This document shows positions 25,379 through 39,993 of a stretch of 64,000 bases of DNA, piece after piece. A program made the translations under genes and the position numbers. Origin of the DNA: Balanoglossus misakiensis (Eukaryota > Animalia > Hemichordata). Position 1 is the first letter of the stretch; every line of letters starts with the position of its first letter. The stretch covers positions 13,455,834 through 13,519,833 of the forward strand of contig CM082579.2 in the NCBI GenBank assembly GCA_040954595.2, read 5' to 3'. The notes beneath the pieces are model-generated. The model was not told the DNA's origin, ran no database searches, and was given only the letters and a program-made list of their open reading frames with translations.

Positions 25379-26567
25379 CAGTGGAACACCGATTATCCGA
25401 ACCTGTTGGGCGGGTTAGATTTTGTTCGGATAATTGATTGTTCGGATAATCGATTTTGGCACGTCCGAACAAAGGAAATTGACCACACCATTGGGGCATG
25501 CATATGTTACGATGTGTCCCACATGCACATGCATTTTCCATGCACTCACAAAAAGAAGTTAATATAAATAATAAAACACAATTCGTCTTCTTTTATATAA
25601 AAAATACATATATTAAGAGTTCAAAAGGTTAAGAAAGAAAAAAAGACGAAGTCAAAGCTGCAATGTTCTGATTCGTTCAACATCGTATGTAGCCGGTCAT
25701 CGTACCAAACCATGAACGTGCGTAGGCCTTCCATGGCCACGGTAGATTTCGCTAGAGCTGGTGTCTCGTTCTCTTTATCGTCCTAATTTTTCATGCCATG
25801 AGTTTATTTCTGAGAAACAAAGTCGATGATTTCATCATACGTTAATGTTTCGAAGCTGTCATAGTTCTCGCTAGTCTCCAAATCGTCGATGTCAGTGACA
25901 ATCAAACCAAGCAAAAGAAGCTCTCCGCACGAGGTCACTTCCGCAAGTGACGTCTTGGCTGTCATTCATATCGGCGCTGCCATGGTCACCGACGGCGACC
26001 CGACACGCCTTCACTGTGTCGCGGAATGAAGTCCATGCGTTTGAAAAGCCGTGTCTTTGATGTTGACACCTCGGACGATCTCCGCCGTCTGCTCGCACGA
26101 GTCGAAGACGGGCGATCTCATCCAACCCATGGCTTTCATTTGTATTATCAACGACAGTGCTAAGCTTATTTCGGCGATAAATCTACTTCACACTATCAAA
26201 AAATTGACCAAAGCCGTGCCGACGCGACAAGTGACTTTTCGTGTTTTACACTTGAGTGTGAAATCCTAGTGTCGAATGTTACGATACCCGAAAGTGTGAC
26301 ACTCTGTTGTCGTAAAATGATTGAAATATTCAATGATAAAGACATTTTTAACACGTCCCACCGCCCTTTACAACAGAAACAATTAGAACTGACCCAAGAA
26401 ATCTGTCCGAAATGACAGTTTTCCTGCGGAAATATCACAGACCGCCGAGAAAACAGGTGCTTGGCATGGCTAATTAAATGTTCAGGGACCGTACCCGGGA
26501 CCGTACCAAAGCGTTCGGATAATCCGAAATTCGGATAATTGGTGTCCGGATAATCGGTGTTCCACTG
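25379..26567. mobile_element. pogo/Tigger-like (Tc1/mariner) non-autonomous element inserted in a MED25 pseudo-exon
   Basis: TA target duplication, TIR CAGTGGAACACCGATTATCCG, subterminal TCGGATAAT repeats. Empty site TCAAGTATCCCC at ~11989-12000. Confidence 0.93.
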
Positions 26568-29500
26568 TATCCCCATGAGACAATTTTGTCCACCCAGGTA
26601 CAGCTGTGGTCTACCTTCTACTTTTTGAGATTCAAATTAGCTGTTTCTAGTTACCCATCCTGTGAATTGAAAGCTTTTTATGACTGTATCGCATAGCCTT
26701 GTCTTACCATTGTCTACACAGTAGACTATTTATTTTCAAAACACATTCAAAACTTCTGTTTTGGTTGCAAAAAAGCCACTCTGTAAATGGAAAGACTCTT
26801 TGGATAATGCCACAGACTCATTAATCAAATTCAAGTTTTAATGTGATTAATGTTGATAAGCCCTAAAACCTGATCCCTTCCAAATGTGAGTATGTGTGTT
26901 GAAAATAGGACTTTGAGAGTTGTAAGCTCAACATCGATTCAAAAATTGAAGTCATGAATTAAAAAATGTGGTTTTGAATACTGGTCTTGATAATGCTTCA
27001 TATTAACTAGGTTTGTTACTCTTTTTGGACAGGCAACTTCACCACCAAAGATGACTTCCCAGCATGTGCCAGCTGCTGCACTGAAAGCCACAGAGGGTGT
27101 CATGCAAATGGCAAATGCTAGTCAGTTCAGTAAGATGCCACAAATTGCTGCTGTGAATTCTATCAACTAACAGCCACAGCAGAGATGGCCAGGTACAGAT
27201 TCAAAGCCACAACGAGGTAGGTACAGTCAAACCTGTCTACAGTGGCCAGTCAAGGGACTTTCCTAAACTGGCATTTATAGACAGGTGGCTTCTATAGATA
27301 GGTCAGTTAATGTGCAATGTACATGTACATGAAATGAAACAAAGTTGCCACTATAATAGAGGTGGCCACAAACACAGATTTGACTGTCATATATGTTATG
27401 TTGCCATGGCAGTCATTTACCATTAGTTTGAATATACTTTGCCAAAACCTGAGGAAAAAATATTCAAGTTCCCCTTTTCGTATTCCCCTATCAATGGTAT
27501 AATACAACAGTGTCATGGTAAAATTTTGTGACATTTTTGCTAACTGCTAAAGCCCAAGTAATATTGTTTTTTTCAGTATTTTTCAGCGAAGGAATTAACC
27601 CTAGTTTCTTGTTCTGCTATGGATAGCTTTATGAAATGTTCAGTCTTTAGCTTCTATACAAAACTTGTACATGAGTAATGGCCATTGTGAATATTAAATG
27701 AACTCAGACGAGAATTCATTTTTCAACAATAACAATGCTGATCAATATATAAAACGCCTTTGTTTGAAAACCAAACTCTGAATAAATTCTTAATGTTTTA
27801 CAGAGTAGAATAAAGCTGATATCCAAAGTTAAGGTTGAAGTTATTGACGTTTTAATACTACTGTGTTTACTTATCAGCAGGTATGCAGTCAACGATGCGA
27901 ACAGGAGTGCAGTCAACACAACCGACAGTACCTAATGTGAGCGACAGCAAAATCCACCTGTCACCACTGGCACCAATGTTGTTCCAACTCTGATACAGCC
28001 ACAAGTACATGTACAAAACCAGTCATTGGTATGTTATGTTATGAGCTGAGTTGTAATACCCACCTATCCCTTTTGCCTGGCAAGTGACAGTTTATCACTT
28101 TTCAGTATTTCAATGGAACTGTATTTGGATAATTTGTTACCTAACATGACATCAGAAGATGGCAGCTTGATGTCTTAACTGAGGACATTGGATGACCAGT
28201 AGATAAAGATTTTCTTTGATATCAATGACATCAGACGCAGTTCCGTTGGCATCAAATTTCCAGCTGACGGGGAATTTCAGCAACGTGGTGCAAATGACGA
28301 CTGTGCAGATGAATACCAAGATGCTGTTGAGGCACCATGCCTGATACATATTACCTGTCTGGTGGTTCTAAAGTATAAACACATCCGGAAAAAAATATTT
28401 TACGGGATACCAATTGCGACAAATTATTCCCATCTTGTTATAAATCTGAGCCCAGGTGTCTTTGGTGTGAGATTCCAGTAGTCAAGAGTAGGCTTACCTT
28501 GAATAATGTAATGCTTGTAAATAATTTCTAATTTCTTCTTACCCTCCAGATATGAATGTCACAGTGGTGGAAATGCGTGCCAACACTATTGTCAGAATAC
28601 CCATGGTAGTTATCTCTGCGCTTGCAGACCAGGATTCTATCTGCTGGAGGATGGCTATGCATGTGGCGGTATGTAACTGTGGATATTGATCTCTTCTGTG
28701 GCTACACTGTTTGGGAATTGTATATTGCTATGGTTACAATCAGCTAAACACACATCCTGTCAGTCCATTGCACACATTTTAAAATTTGAAATCAACCGCA
28801 CACTCGTACTGAACACATGTTTGTTGAAATTGTATCTCAGAATTTTTCCATTTATAATTATGCATAATATAAACAAATTAACAAATGTGAAATTTTATCT
28901 TTGAAAATTTGTTTGCAAGGGTGAAAAAGTAATCTGTTTTTTTAAAAATCAGACAAAGTTTTGCTGACAGGGTACACGAGTTTCAGGGGATTTTGTTAAA
29001 ATGAGTATGGGCAAATCAACAGCTATCAATGGATGCACCACAGGAGTAGGTGTTGGTTCAAAACGCCTTTGGTACTTACAATCGTCCGGATCATATCAAA
29101 ACGCGATGTGTTTGAATGCGACTGCATTTACTGACATCGAGAATGGCGGCCACATTGTGATGACCGCGTCGATCGATGCGCGCGATGAACGTACGTGACT
29201 GACCTCCCTTGTCATGATCTTGCGTGTTTTGATATCTGCACGTCATCTCTGACGCATAAAGTAGTCGGAACAGCGAAAGGTTTTCACAAATTTTGTCAAA
29301 ACTGCGTCGAAATGGCTTTCTGACATTGACTTCCGTGTCTACGCTGTGGACTCACTAAGTATGACTGTTCAATGACGTTTTATGAATGGACCAATCCGGT
29401 TACGTATGGTAATGCGTCCCGGGTCAAAAGTCAAGTATTGTACTTCGGCCAGTAAAACTTGCAAGGGTTGTAGATTGCGGTGAATAAATATAAATAAATC

Positions 29501-31354
29501 GTGGAAAATTTGTATTAAAATCGTGATCTCTAAAAAAAGAGTGAGAACTTGATTTTGAGTGATATTGCAGTACAAAATTACAAAAAAATACTTTTTATAC
29601 CTTGGGGAAGTGTTAATTATTCAGAAAAAAAATATATTCTGAAATTTTCCAACTTCAGAATTTTTCCAACTGCAACAGAGGATATGATTATTTCATCAAC
29701 TAACATGTAAAAGTTATTTAAAAAGTCAACTATGTCAATTAATGCATTATCTGGAAAGATACCTTTTACGTGTCATGAATTACTATAGTTAATATATAGA
29801 TAAAGGCCTTCATGCAATATTACATACACCAACACTTCATTTTGCAGTACGTGAGCTGCGGTGTACTGGCTTTTGCACTTGTCTGAGCTGCAGAAAGTCT
29901 TATCATATTGAAATTTACAGAAGGCATTGTTCCCTGCTGTTTTAGAGCTGTGAGTTAACTGCGTAGAGCTGCCGTTTGTCTACACAATGTTCTAAAAAAG
30001 CTGTCAAAGAGAATTTGGTCTGCTGCCAACAAATGACAGCTCAGAACAACCATTGCAGACCTGCAGATGAGCTGTGGATAGCTGACACAGCTCTAAATCA
30101 GAGCTGCAGCAGCTCTCTGCAGATCTGCAGGTTTGGTAAGGGATGTAGATGGTGAAAGGACGTGACAAGACTCGAATCTGAATCAGAATATGAATCTTGG
30201 GCTGTGGAACGTGAAACGTGAAACTTGAAACGTGAATCTTGAATTAGGCTTACCCTAATTTTTAATGGGTATATTCTTGATAACTCATCACCATGAATGA
30301 TCATTTCAAAACTTAACAAGGCATATGGCTAAAGAGGATTCAGTGTTTGTGCACCTTCTATCTGCAATGCTGGATCTATTGACAGTTTTCAAAGGGGTTT
30401 AAAGACTCGTCTTTTTATTCAGTACTTTCTATTTCATTCCATTGCTTTTTTGGTTAATAGGGACTGTCTTTCAGAACTCTTTGGTTTGTTTCGTGTTTTT
30501 AAGTGTAATTTATTATCCTTTAAGCTTTCACTTGTTTTCTAATTTTATTATTTTCTGTAGAAAATGCACTGAGATGTATGTGTATTATGTTTGTCAGGAA
30601 ATAAATAATAATAAAATTAAAAATAATAAACTGTCTTTGATTTCAGATGTCAATGAATGTATGGAGAGAGCAGATCTTTGTGAAGGCCAGTGTGTGAATA
30701 CAGCAGGCTCTTTTTATTGCACTTGTGTTGTGGGATATTGATTGGTCAATTGAGAGTGTACAGGTAAGACCAGCACAATATGTGGGCAACGAAAGGTCCT
30801 GTATCTGTAACTTTTGAATTTTTATTCAATATTATTCTGGGTGTCACCCATCATTTCTTGTTCAGCTCGGTGAAGCTAGGTCTGTAACTTTTGAATTTTT
30901 ATTCAATATTATTCTGGGTGTCACCCATCATTTCTTGTTCAGCTCGGTGAAGGTAGGTAAGCAATGTTGTTATTGTTTAAACATTGTATTCAAGCCTGGG
31001 TCTGGACTTGGATGCAATTTGTCAATAATAACAGTGATTGGTAACTGCATGTTTACATAACTGGCTAACTGTTAAAAAGACCAGCTGTTCTATTTGGTGT
31101 GTGTACAGTACACATGCCATTGGCAGCTTATGGCTCAGTCAGTGTTTGCCTGTTGATTTCTCTATGTGTGTGTGTCTGTCTGTCTGTCTGTATATGTACT
31201 CCGGTGTAGACTTTTTTATTGTGTTATCCCTGAATGGGACCACTGTGTCCTTAACGCGATGTTTTACACTCAGCAGCGATATTTTGTCTAACACGAGTCA
31301 AAATATCCCCAACTCGTCTGAGAAATCTTATCCCAGGTCCTAAGGTTGTGAGAC

Positions 31355-31752
31355 TAATAGAATCTCACACTCCCAAGGACTTGGGATCATATTTCTCACA
31401 TGTGTTGAGGATTTTCTGTCCCAAACAAGCTGCAGGCGAATGTGGGACAAGATATCCCCGACGAGTGTGAGAAATACGATCCCAGGTCCTTGGTGTGTGA
31501 GATTATTTTTCTCACACGGTCACAAATTAGCCAAATTCGTTAAATAAATGACTCTTGAACTGTCATCTGGTACATTGTAGATTCAGTATCGCGTCATTGG
31601 ATAACATTTAGCACATGTTGTTAAAGAACTCTTTGTCATCCAATCAGCGCTCGCATCATATACAGCTCTCGATTCAGTGAGAATGTGGGATTGATTTGTT
31701 CTCACACTCTGTCTGATCCAACACTCTCAGCATGCCAGGAGTGTGAGAATCT
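31355..31752. mobile_element. Degenerate non-autonomous Crypton-like hairpin element (copies ~35678-36071, ~46250-46646, partial ~51059-51416)
   Basis: Hairpin ~31361-31504, internal GTGTGAGAT-TATTT-TTCTCACAC, right end GTGTGAGAAT. Confidence 0.55.
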
Positions 31753-34132
31753 ATTACGAGTTTGAAATCTTAGGTGAAGAGTTTATCAATTTCACTGCCA
31801 ACCCTGTAGGGCATTCTGGGATATGTGTTCATGCCAAAGCACAAACAGCCATGACCTGACAGCTCAGTTTGTAGATCATTTCTACAAATCCACAAAGAGA
31901 CTCAAAGTTTAGAAATGTTGTGTCGGTTAGAAATATTAGACGTATCACTGTTAATACTTTATTTCAAAGCCATGTGAATTTGTTCACATTAGGGAAATTT
32001 TTTAAAGGAAGGGAGGATTGGTATTGACTTGAATAATTACAATGGATGTATTGTCCACCTCTATATAGTGCCCACTTTATTCTAGTCCCTGTGTAATTTA
32101 TATCTACATTAATTGACTTTTCTACCAGGTATGATGGCCACCTGTCTATAAAGGCCAGTTTAGGAAAGTCCCTTTACTAGCCATAATGGACAGGTTTGAC
32201 TGCACTTGTGTTGATTTCTGTCTGTAATACGTGTAACACAATCATAAAATTTTTCATAAAGAGGGCACACTTCCAAAATAAGGTGTCATCTCCAAGCAGA
32301 CAATGTGAAAAAGGAGGCCGGTAGGTTACAGAGTACTGCTCGAGCTCATCTACTTTGTTGTATACATGATACAAGTTGCGTGTAAAACTGACCTTACAAT
32401 AAAATGTGGCTGTGGAAAGTCTGTCCCAACTATAGTGTTGATACACAAGACAAAGTTTTTACTCTTTGACCAACTGGCCTCATGTTTGCGTCTTGGAAGG
32501 GCACCCTCTTTATGAAAAAGGCATATGATATCACTACAAGGAATAAATTAACATGATAGAACATTGCTGATTAATGTCATAGATCATGATAACATGAATG
32601 CATAGCAATGTTTTGGTACAATTTGGTACATAAAGAAATGGACTACTGTGACAGTATTGACTCTGGGCACTACGTAGATGATTCCCAGCCTCAAAATTCT
32701 GACTTGCTTCACCGTTGGAAGAAGTCAGTTTTCAGGTTAACATGTATATTTGTACAGAGTGTGGCATTAGTGAGTGGTTGCATCACATCAATGCATGACA
32801 AAAGGTCATCACTGTGTAAGACTCAGAAATAGAATTTGAATACAAATCCTATTAAACAAAATATTCTAAAATTTACATGTTATTTTAACACCTGTTTACT
32901 CCTATAAAAGTGAGTGCACGTGTTTTCGAGGTCTCTTCAATTCAGAAGCCACTGTGTAGGCCTTAGTTGGTGCATGCAGCTCGTAGACTTAGAAATTAAG
33001 TTTGGTTCAACTCAAACGCTTCAAGTCCAGTTGACCATCTCACACTTCTGACACTGGTGGGATTCAAACCAACGCCATCGAAATGACTGCAGGTGCCTAA
33101 AACCCCTTGACTGTAGGACACAAATGCCTGACAGTGATATAACTATGTTATAATGTTACATCGACAATACATACGTTTGGAGATATGTTGTCTCAAATGA
33201 TCAAATTGAGACAAATTATCCCCATCTTGTTATAAATCTGAGCCCAGGTGTCTTTGGTGTGAGATTCCAGTAGTCAAGAGTAGGCTTACCTTGAATAATG
33301 TAATGCTTGTAAATTATTTCGAATTTCTTCTTACCCTCCAGATATGAATGTCACAGTGGTGGAAATGCGTGCCAACACTATTGTCAGAATACCCATGGTA
33401 GTTATCTCTGCGCTTGCAGACAAGGCTTCAATGTGCTGGAGGATGGCCATGCATGTGCAGGTATGTAACTGTGGATATTGATCTCTTCTGTGGCTACACT
33501 GTTTGGGGATTGTATATTGCTATGGTTACAATCAGCTAAACTCACATCCTGTCAGTCCATTGCACACATTTTAAAATTTGAAATCAACCGCACACTCGTA
33601 CTGAACACATGTTTGTTGAAATTGTATCTCAGAATTTTTCCATTTATAATTATGCATAATATAAACAAATTAACAAATGTGAAAACTTATCTTTGAAAAT
33701 TTGTTTGCAAGGGTGAAAAAGTAATCTGTTGTTTTAAAAATCAGACAAAGTTTTGCTGACAGGGTACACGAGTTTCAGGGGATTTTGTTAAAATGAGAAT
33801 GATAGAGAGTGTTAAAATTCCTAGATTCTGAGATTGCCATGGATATTGAGGACTTTGACGTAAAAACAATTAATTGATCAAGAAATATGTGGTTAAGTAT
33901 ATGTGTGATCAACCTCACACTATACTATAAGACTGTCTGATATATTTATGCACAAGTACAATGTATTTTCACTACTTATATGCATAACTCAATCAAATTA
34001 ACATAATTTATCGACCTATAGCTAAATAAATTACCACAGCAAAGAATAAATATACACTTAGAAAATTCATATAGTTTTCATCTCATTTTAAAGAAATTAT
34101 AAATGCTTCTCCGAGGGGTACAATAATTTTTA

Positions 34133-34655
34133 GGGTAAGCCTAATTCAAGATTCACGTTTCAAAATTCACGTTTCATGTTCCACAGCCCAAGATTCATAT
34201 TCTGATTCAGATTCCAGTCTTGTCTAATATGTTTATGCTGCCGTAACCAGGGGTGTGAACGATTGTTTATTGTCCTCGATCCCCGCCCAAGCAAGGTTCC
34301 CCAAATATTGAAATTTACAGAAGGCATTGTTCTCTGCTGTTTTAGAGCTGTGAGTTAACTGCGTAGAGCTGCCGTTTATCTACACAATGTTCTAAAAAAG
34401 CTGTCAAAGAGAATTTGGTCTGCTGCCAACAAATGACAGCTCAGAACAACCATTGCAGACCTGCAGATGAGCTGTGGATAGCTGACACAGCTCTAAATCA
34501 GAGCTGCAGCAGCTCTCTGCAGATCTGCAGGTTTGGTAAGGGATGTAGATGGTGAAAGGACGTGACAAGACTCGAATCTGAATCAGAATATGAATCTTGG
34601 GCTGTGGAACGTGAAACGTGAAACTTGAAACGTGAATCTTGAATTAGGCTTACCC
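34133..34655. mobile_element. Mutator-like (MULE) MITE; second copy 38456-38978, right half only at ~29906-30255
   Basis: ~90-bp TIRs beginning GGGTAAGCCTAATTCAAGATTCACG, with an exact 9-bp TSD TAATTTTTA. Confidence 0.85.
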
Positions 34656-37600
34656 TAATTTTTAATGGGTATATTCTTGATAACTCATCACCATGAATGA
34701 TCATTTCAAAACTTAACAAGGCATATGGCTAAAGAGGATTCAGTGTTTGTGCACCTTCTATCTGCAATGCTGGATCTATTGACAGTTTTCAAAGGGGTTT
34801 AAAGACTCGTCTTTTTATTCAGTACTTTCTATTTCATTCCATTGCTTTTTTGGTTAATAGGGACTGTCTTTCAGAACTCTTTGGTTTGTTTCGTGTTTTT
34901 AAGTGTAATTTATTATCCTTTAAGCTTTCACTTGTTTTCTAATTTTATTATTTTCTGTAGAAAATGCACTGAGATGTATGTGTATTATGTTTGTCAGGAA
35001 ATAAATAATAATAAAATTGAAAATAATAAACTGTCTTTGATTTCAGATGTCAATGAATGTATGGAGAGAGCAGATCTTTGTGAAGGCCAGTGTGTGAATA
35101 CAGCAGGCTCTTTTTATTGCACTTGTGTTGTGGGATATTGATTGGTCAATTGAGAGTGTACAGGTAAGACCAGCACAATATGTGGGCAACGAAAGGTCCT
35201 GTATCTGTAACTTTTGAATTTTTATTCAATATTATTCTGGGTGTCACCCATCATTTCTTGTTCAGCTCGGTGAAGGTAGGTAAGCAATGTTGTTATTGTT
35301 TAAACATTGTATTCAAGCCTGGGTCTGGACTTGGATGCAATTTGTCAATAATAACAGTGATTGGTAACTGCATGTTTACATAACTGGCTAACTGTTAAAA
35401 AGACCAGCTGTTCTATTTGGTGTGTGTACAGTACACATGCCATTGGCAGCTTATGGCTCAGTCAGTGTTTGCCTGTTGATTTCTCTATGTGTGTGTGTCT
35501 GTCTGTCTGTCTGTATATGTACTCCGGTGTAGACTTTTTTATTGTGTTATCCCTGAATGGGACCACTGTGTCCTTAACGCGATGTTTTACACTCAGCAGC
35601 GATATTTTGTCTAACACGAGTCAAAATATCCCCAACTCGTCTGAGAAATCTTATCCCAGGTCCTAAGGTTGTGAGACTAATAGAATCTCACACTCCCAAG
35701 GACTTGGGATCATATTTCTCACATGTGTTGAGGATTTTCTGTCCCAAACAAGCTGCAGGCGAATGTGGGACAAGATATCCCCGACGAGTGTGAGAAATAC
35801 GATCCCAGGTCCTTGGTGTGTGAGATTATTTTTCTCACACGGTCACAAATTAGCCAAATTCGTTAAATAAATGACTCTTGAACTGTCATCTGGTACATTG
35901 TAGATTCAGTATCGCGTCATTGGATAACATTTAGCACATGTTGTTAAAGAACTCTTTGTCATCCAATCAGCGCTCGCATCATATACAGCTCTCGATTCAG
36001 TGAGAATGTGGGATTGATTTGTTCTCACACTCTGATCCAACACTCTCAGCATGCCAGGAGTGTGAGAATCTATTACGAGTTTGAAATCTTAGGTGAAGAG
36101 TTTATCAATTTCACTGCCAACCCTGTAGGGCATTCTGGGATATGTGTTCATGCCAAAGCACAAACAGCCATGACCTGACAGCTCAGTTTGTAGATCATTT
36201 CTACAAATCCACAAAGAGACTCAAAGTTTAGAAATGTTGTGTCGGTTAGAAATATTAGACGTATCACTGTTAATACTTTATTTCAAAGCCATGTGAATTT
36301 GTTCACATTAGGGAAATTTTTTAAAGGAAGGGAGGATTGGTATTGACTTGAATAATTACAATGGATGTATTGTCCACCTCTATATAGTGCCCACTTTATT
36401 CTAGTCCCTGTGTAATTTATATCTACATTAATTGACTTTTCTACCAGGTATGATGGCCACCTGTCTATAAAGGCCAGTTTAGGAAAGTCCCTTTACTAGC
36501 CATAATGGACAGGTTTGACTGCACTTGTGTTGATTTCTGTCTGTAATACGTGTAACACAATCATAAAATTTTTCATAAAGAGGGCACACTTCCAAAATAA
36601 GGTGTCATCTCCAAGCAGACAATGTGAAAAAGGAGGCCGGTAGGTTACAGAGTACTGCTCGAGCTCATCTACTTTGTTGTATACATGATACAAGTTGCGT
36701 GTAAAACTGACCTTACAATAAAATGTGGCTGTGGAAAGTCTGTCCCAACTATAGTGTTGATACACAAGACAAAGTTTTTACTCTTTGACCAACTGGCCTC
36801 ATGTTTGCGTCTTGGAAGGGCACCCTCTTTATGAAAAAGGCATATGATATCACTACAAGGAATAAATTAACATGATAGAACATTGCTGATTAATGTCATA
36901 GATCATGATAACATGAATGCATAGCAATGTTTTGGTACAATTTGGTACATAAAGAAATGGACTACTGTGACAGTATTGACTCTGGGCACTACGTAGATGA
37001 TTCCCAGCCTCAAAATTCTGACTTGCTTCACCGTTGGAAGAAGTCAGTTTTCAGGTTAACATGTATATTTGTACAGAGTGTGGCATTAGTGAGTGGTTGC
37101 ATCACATCAATGCATGACAAAAGGTCATCACTGTGTAAGACTCAGAAATAGAATTTGAATACAAATCCTATTAAACAAAATATTCTAAAATTTACATGTT
37201 ATTTTAACACCTGTTTACTCCTATAAAAGTGAGTGCACGTGTTTTCGAGGTCTCTTCAATTCAGAAGCCACTGTGTAGGCCTTAGTTGGTGCATGCAGCT
37301 CGTAGACTTAGAAATTAAGTTTGGTTCAACTCAAACGCTTCAAGTCCAGTTAACCATCTCACACTTCTGACACTGGTGGGATTCAAACCAACTTCATCGA
37401 AATGACTGCAGGTGCCTAAAACCCCTTGACTGTAGGACACAAATGCCTGACAGTGATATAACTATGTTATAATGTTACATCGACAATACATACGTTTGGG
37501 GATATGTTGTCTCAAATGATCAAATTGAGACAAATTATCCCCATCTTGTTATAAATCTGAGCCCAGGTGTCTTTGGTGTGAGATTCCAGTAGTCAAGAGT

Positions 37601-39993
37601 AGGCTTACCTTGAATAATGTAATGCTTGTAAATTATTTCGAATTTCTTCTTACCCTCCAGATATGAATTAATGTCACAGTTGTGGAAATGCGTGTCAACA
37701 CTATTGTCAGAATACCCATGGTAGTTATCTCTGCGCTTGCAGACAAGGCTTCAATGTGCTGGAGGATGGCCATGCATGTGCAGGTATGTAACTGTGGATA
37801 TTGATCTCTTCTGTGGCTACACTGTTTGGGGATTGTATATTGCTATGGTTACAATCAGCTAAACTCACATCCTGTCAGTCCATTGCACACATTTTAAAAT
37901 TTGAAATCAACCGCACACTCGTACTGAACACATGTTTGTTGAAATTGTATCTCAGAATTTTTCCATTTATAATTATGCATAATATAAACAAATTAACAAA
38001 TGTGAAAACTTATCTTTGAAAATTTGTTTGCAAGGGTGAAAAAGTAATCTGTTGTTTTAAAAATCAGACAAAGTTTTGCTGACAGGGTACACGAGTTTCA
38101 GGGGATTTTGTTAAAATGAGAATGATAGAGAGTGTTAAAATTCCTAGATTCTGAGATTGCCATGGATATTGAGGACTTTGACGTAAAAACAATTAATTGA
38201 TCAAGAAATATGTGGTTAAGTATATGTGTGATCAACCTCACACTATACTATAAGACTGTCTGATATATTTATGCACAAGTACAATGTATTTTCACTACTT
38301 ATATGCATAACTCAATCAAATTAACATAATTTATCGACCTATAGCTAAATAAATTACCACAGCAAAGAATAAATATACACTTAGAAAATTCATATAGTTT
38401 TCATCTCATTTTAAAGAAATTATAAATGCTTCTCCGAGGGGTACAATAATTTTTAGGGTAAGCCTAATTCAAGATTCACGTTTCAAGATTCACGTTTCAT
38501 GTTCCACAGCCCAAGATGCATATTCTGATTCAGATTCCAGTCTTGTCTAATATGTTTATGCTGCCGTAACCAGGGGTGTGAACGATTGTTTATTGTCCTC
38601 GATCCCCGCCCAAGCAAGGTTCCCCAAATATTGAAATTTACAGAAGGCATTGTTCCCTGCTGTTTTAGAGCTGTGAGTTAACTGCGTAGAGCTGCCGTTT
38701 GTCTACACAATGTTCTAAAAAAGCTGTCAAAGAGAATTTGGTCTGCTGCCAACAAATGACAGCTCAGAACAACCATTGCAGACCTGCAGATGAGCTGTGG
38801 ATAGCTGACACAGCTCTAAATCAGAGCTGCAGCAGCTCTCTGCAGATCTGCAGGTTTGGTAAGGGATGTAGATGGCGAAAGGACGTGACAAGACTCGAAT
38901 CTGAATCAGAATATGAATCTTGGGCTGTGGAACGTGAAACGTGAAACTTGAAACGTGAATCTTGAATTAGGCTTACCCTAATTTTTAATGGGTATATTCT
39001 TAATAACTCATCACCATGAATGATCATTTCAAAACTTAACAAGGCATATGGCTAAAGAGGATTCAGTGTTTGTGCACCTTCTATCTGCAATGCTGGATCT
39101 ATTGACAGTTTTCAAAGGGGTTTAAAGACTCGTCTTTTTATTCAGTACTTTCTATTTCATTCCATTGCTTTTTTGGTTAATAGGGACTGTCTTTCAGAAC
39201 TCTTTGGTTTGTTTCGTGTTTTTAAGTGTAATTAATTATCCTTTAAGCTTTCACTTGTTTTCTAATTTTATTATTTTCTGTAGAAAATGCGCTGAGATGT
39301 ATGTGTATTATGTTTGTCAGGAAACAAATAATAATAAAATTAAAAATAATAAACTATCTTTGATTTCAGATGTCAATGAATGTGTGGAGAGAGCAGATCT
39401 TTGTGAAGGCCAGTGTGTGAATACAGCAGGCTCTTTTTATTGCACTTGTGTTGTGGGATATTGATTGGTCAATTGAGAGTGTACAGGTAAGACCAGCAGA
39501 ATATATTGGCAACGAAAGGTCCTGTATCTGTAACTTTTGAATTTCTATGGCATAAATACCATACCTTTGATCCAACCTATAGCCTAATATATCTCGCCCT
39601 CTAACGACCGCTGAGATAAAAAACTTTCCCCTGATTACGTCATACTCACCGAGTACATATACCACCTGTCCAGCCGTGAATATTCAGTATTATTATCTCA
39701 GCACGAGACAGCGGACATCTTCTCTCTTGAGGTGTTGGATTTTTGTCAAGAAGTGCTCAGCCCTTCGACCATTGCTGCTTTTCGCCTGAGGTTTTTCGAT
39801 TGGGGAAGTAGATAAGTAACGACTTATTTTCTAAACTGCTTGCTTGTGTTATTTTGGCACTTGCAAAGTTTGTTTTTCGGATTTTTCCCACACGTGTACG
39901 GGTCAGTGTGTAGGGCTTCTGCGGTATTGTCTTTTCATATAGCCTTCAGAAGCCATTTTTGCCCGTGCATTTTTTCGTGTTTTCACTGGAACC

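Larger units (their letters stand above)
12891..28028 (+). pseudogene. MED25: MED25 pseudogene fragment, copy 2 (tandem segmental duplicate interrupted by four insertions)
   Basis: At 12891 the sequence restarts homology to 3003. Exons: ~13781-13891 (5'-deleted), 21697-21845 (same frameshift as copy 1), 22375-22569 (same TAA), 25145-~26597 (split by a transposon), 27033-27216 (TAA), probable 27878-28028. Confidence 0.88.
29906..39541 (+). repeat. Tandem ~4.3-4.4 kb units carrying EGF exons B and A
   Basis: Matching ORFs at 30098/34498/38821 and 30442/34842/39165. A local 77-bp duplication at ~30804-30957 explains the 4400 vs 4323 spacing. Confidence 0.95.

Noticed and set aside
29004-29905. 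Unique, partly CpG-rich block replacing part of the first EGF unit
   Set aside because: Probably a transposon fragment, but I could not identify termini or a coding signature.
30647-30763. Two in-frame TGA codons in all three exon B copies as selenocysteine or readthrough
   Set aside because: They are not at EGF cysteine positions and fit CGA>TGA decay that predates duplication. Neighbouring exons have frameshifts and TAA stops.
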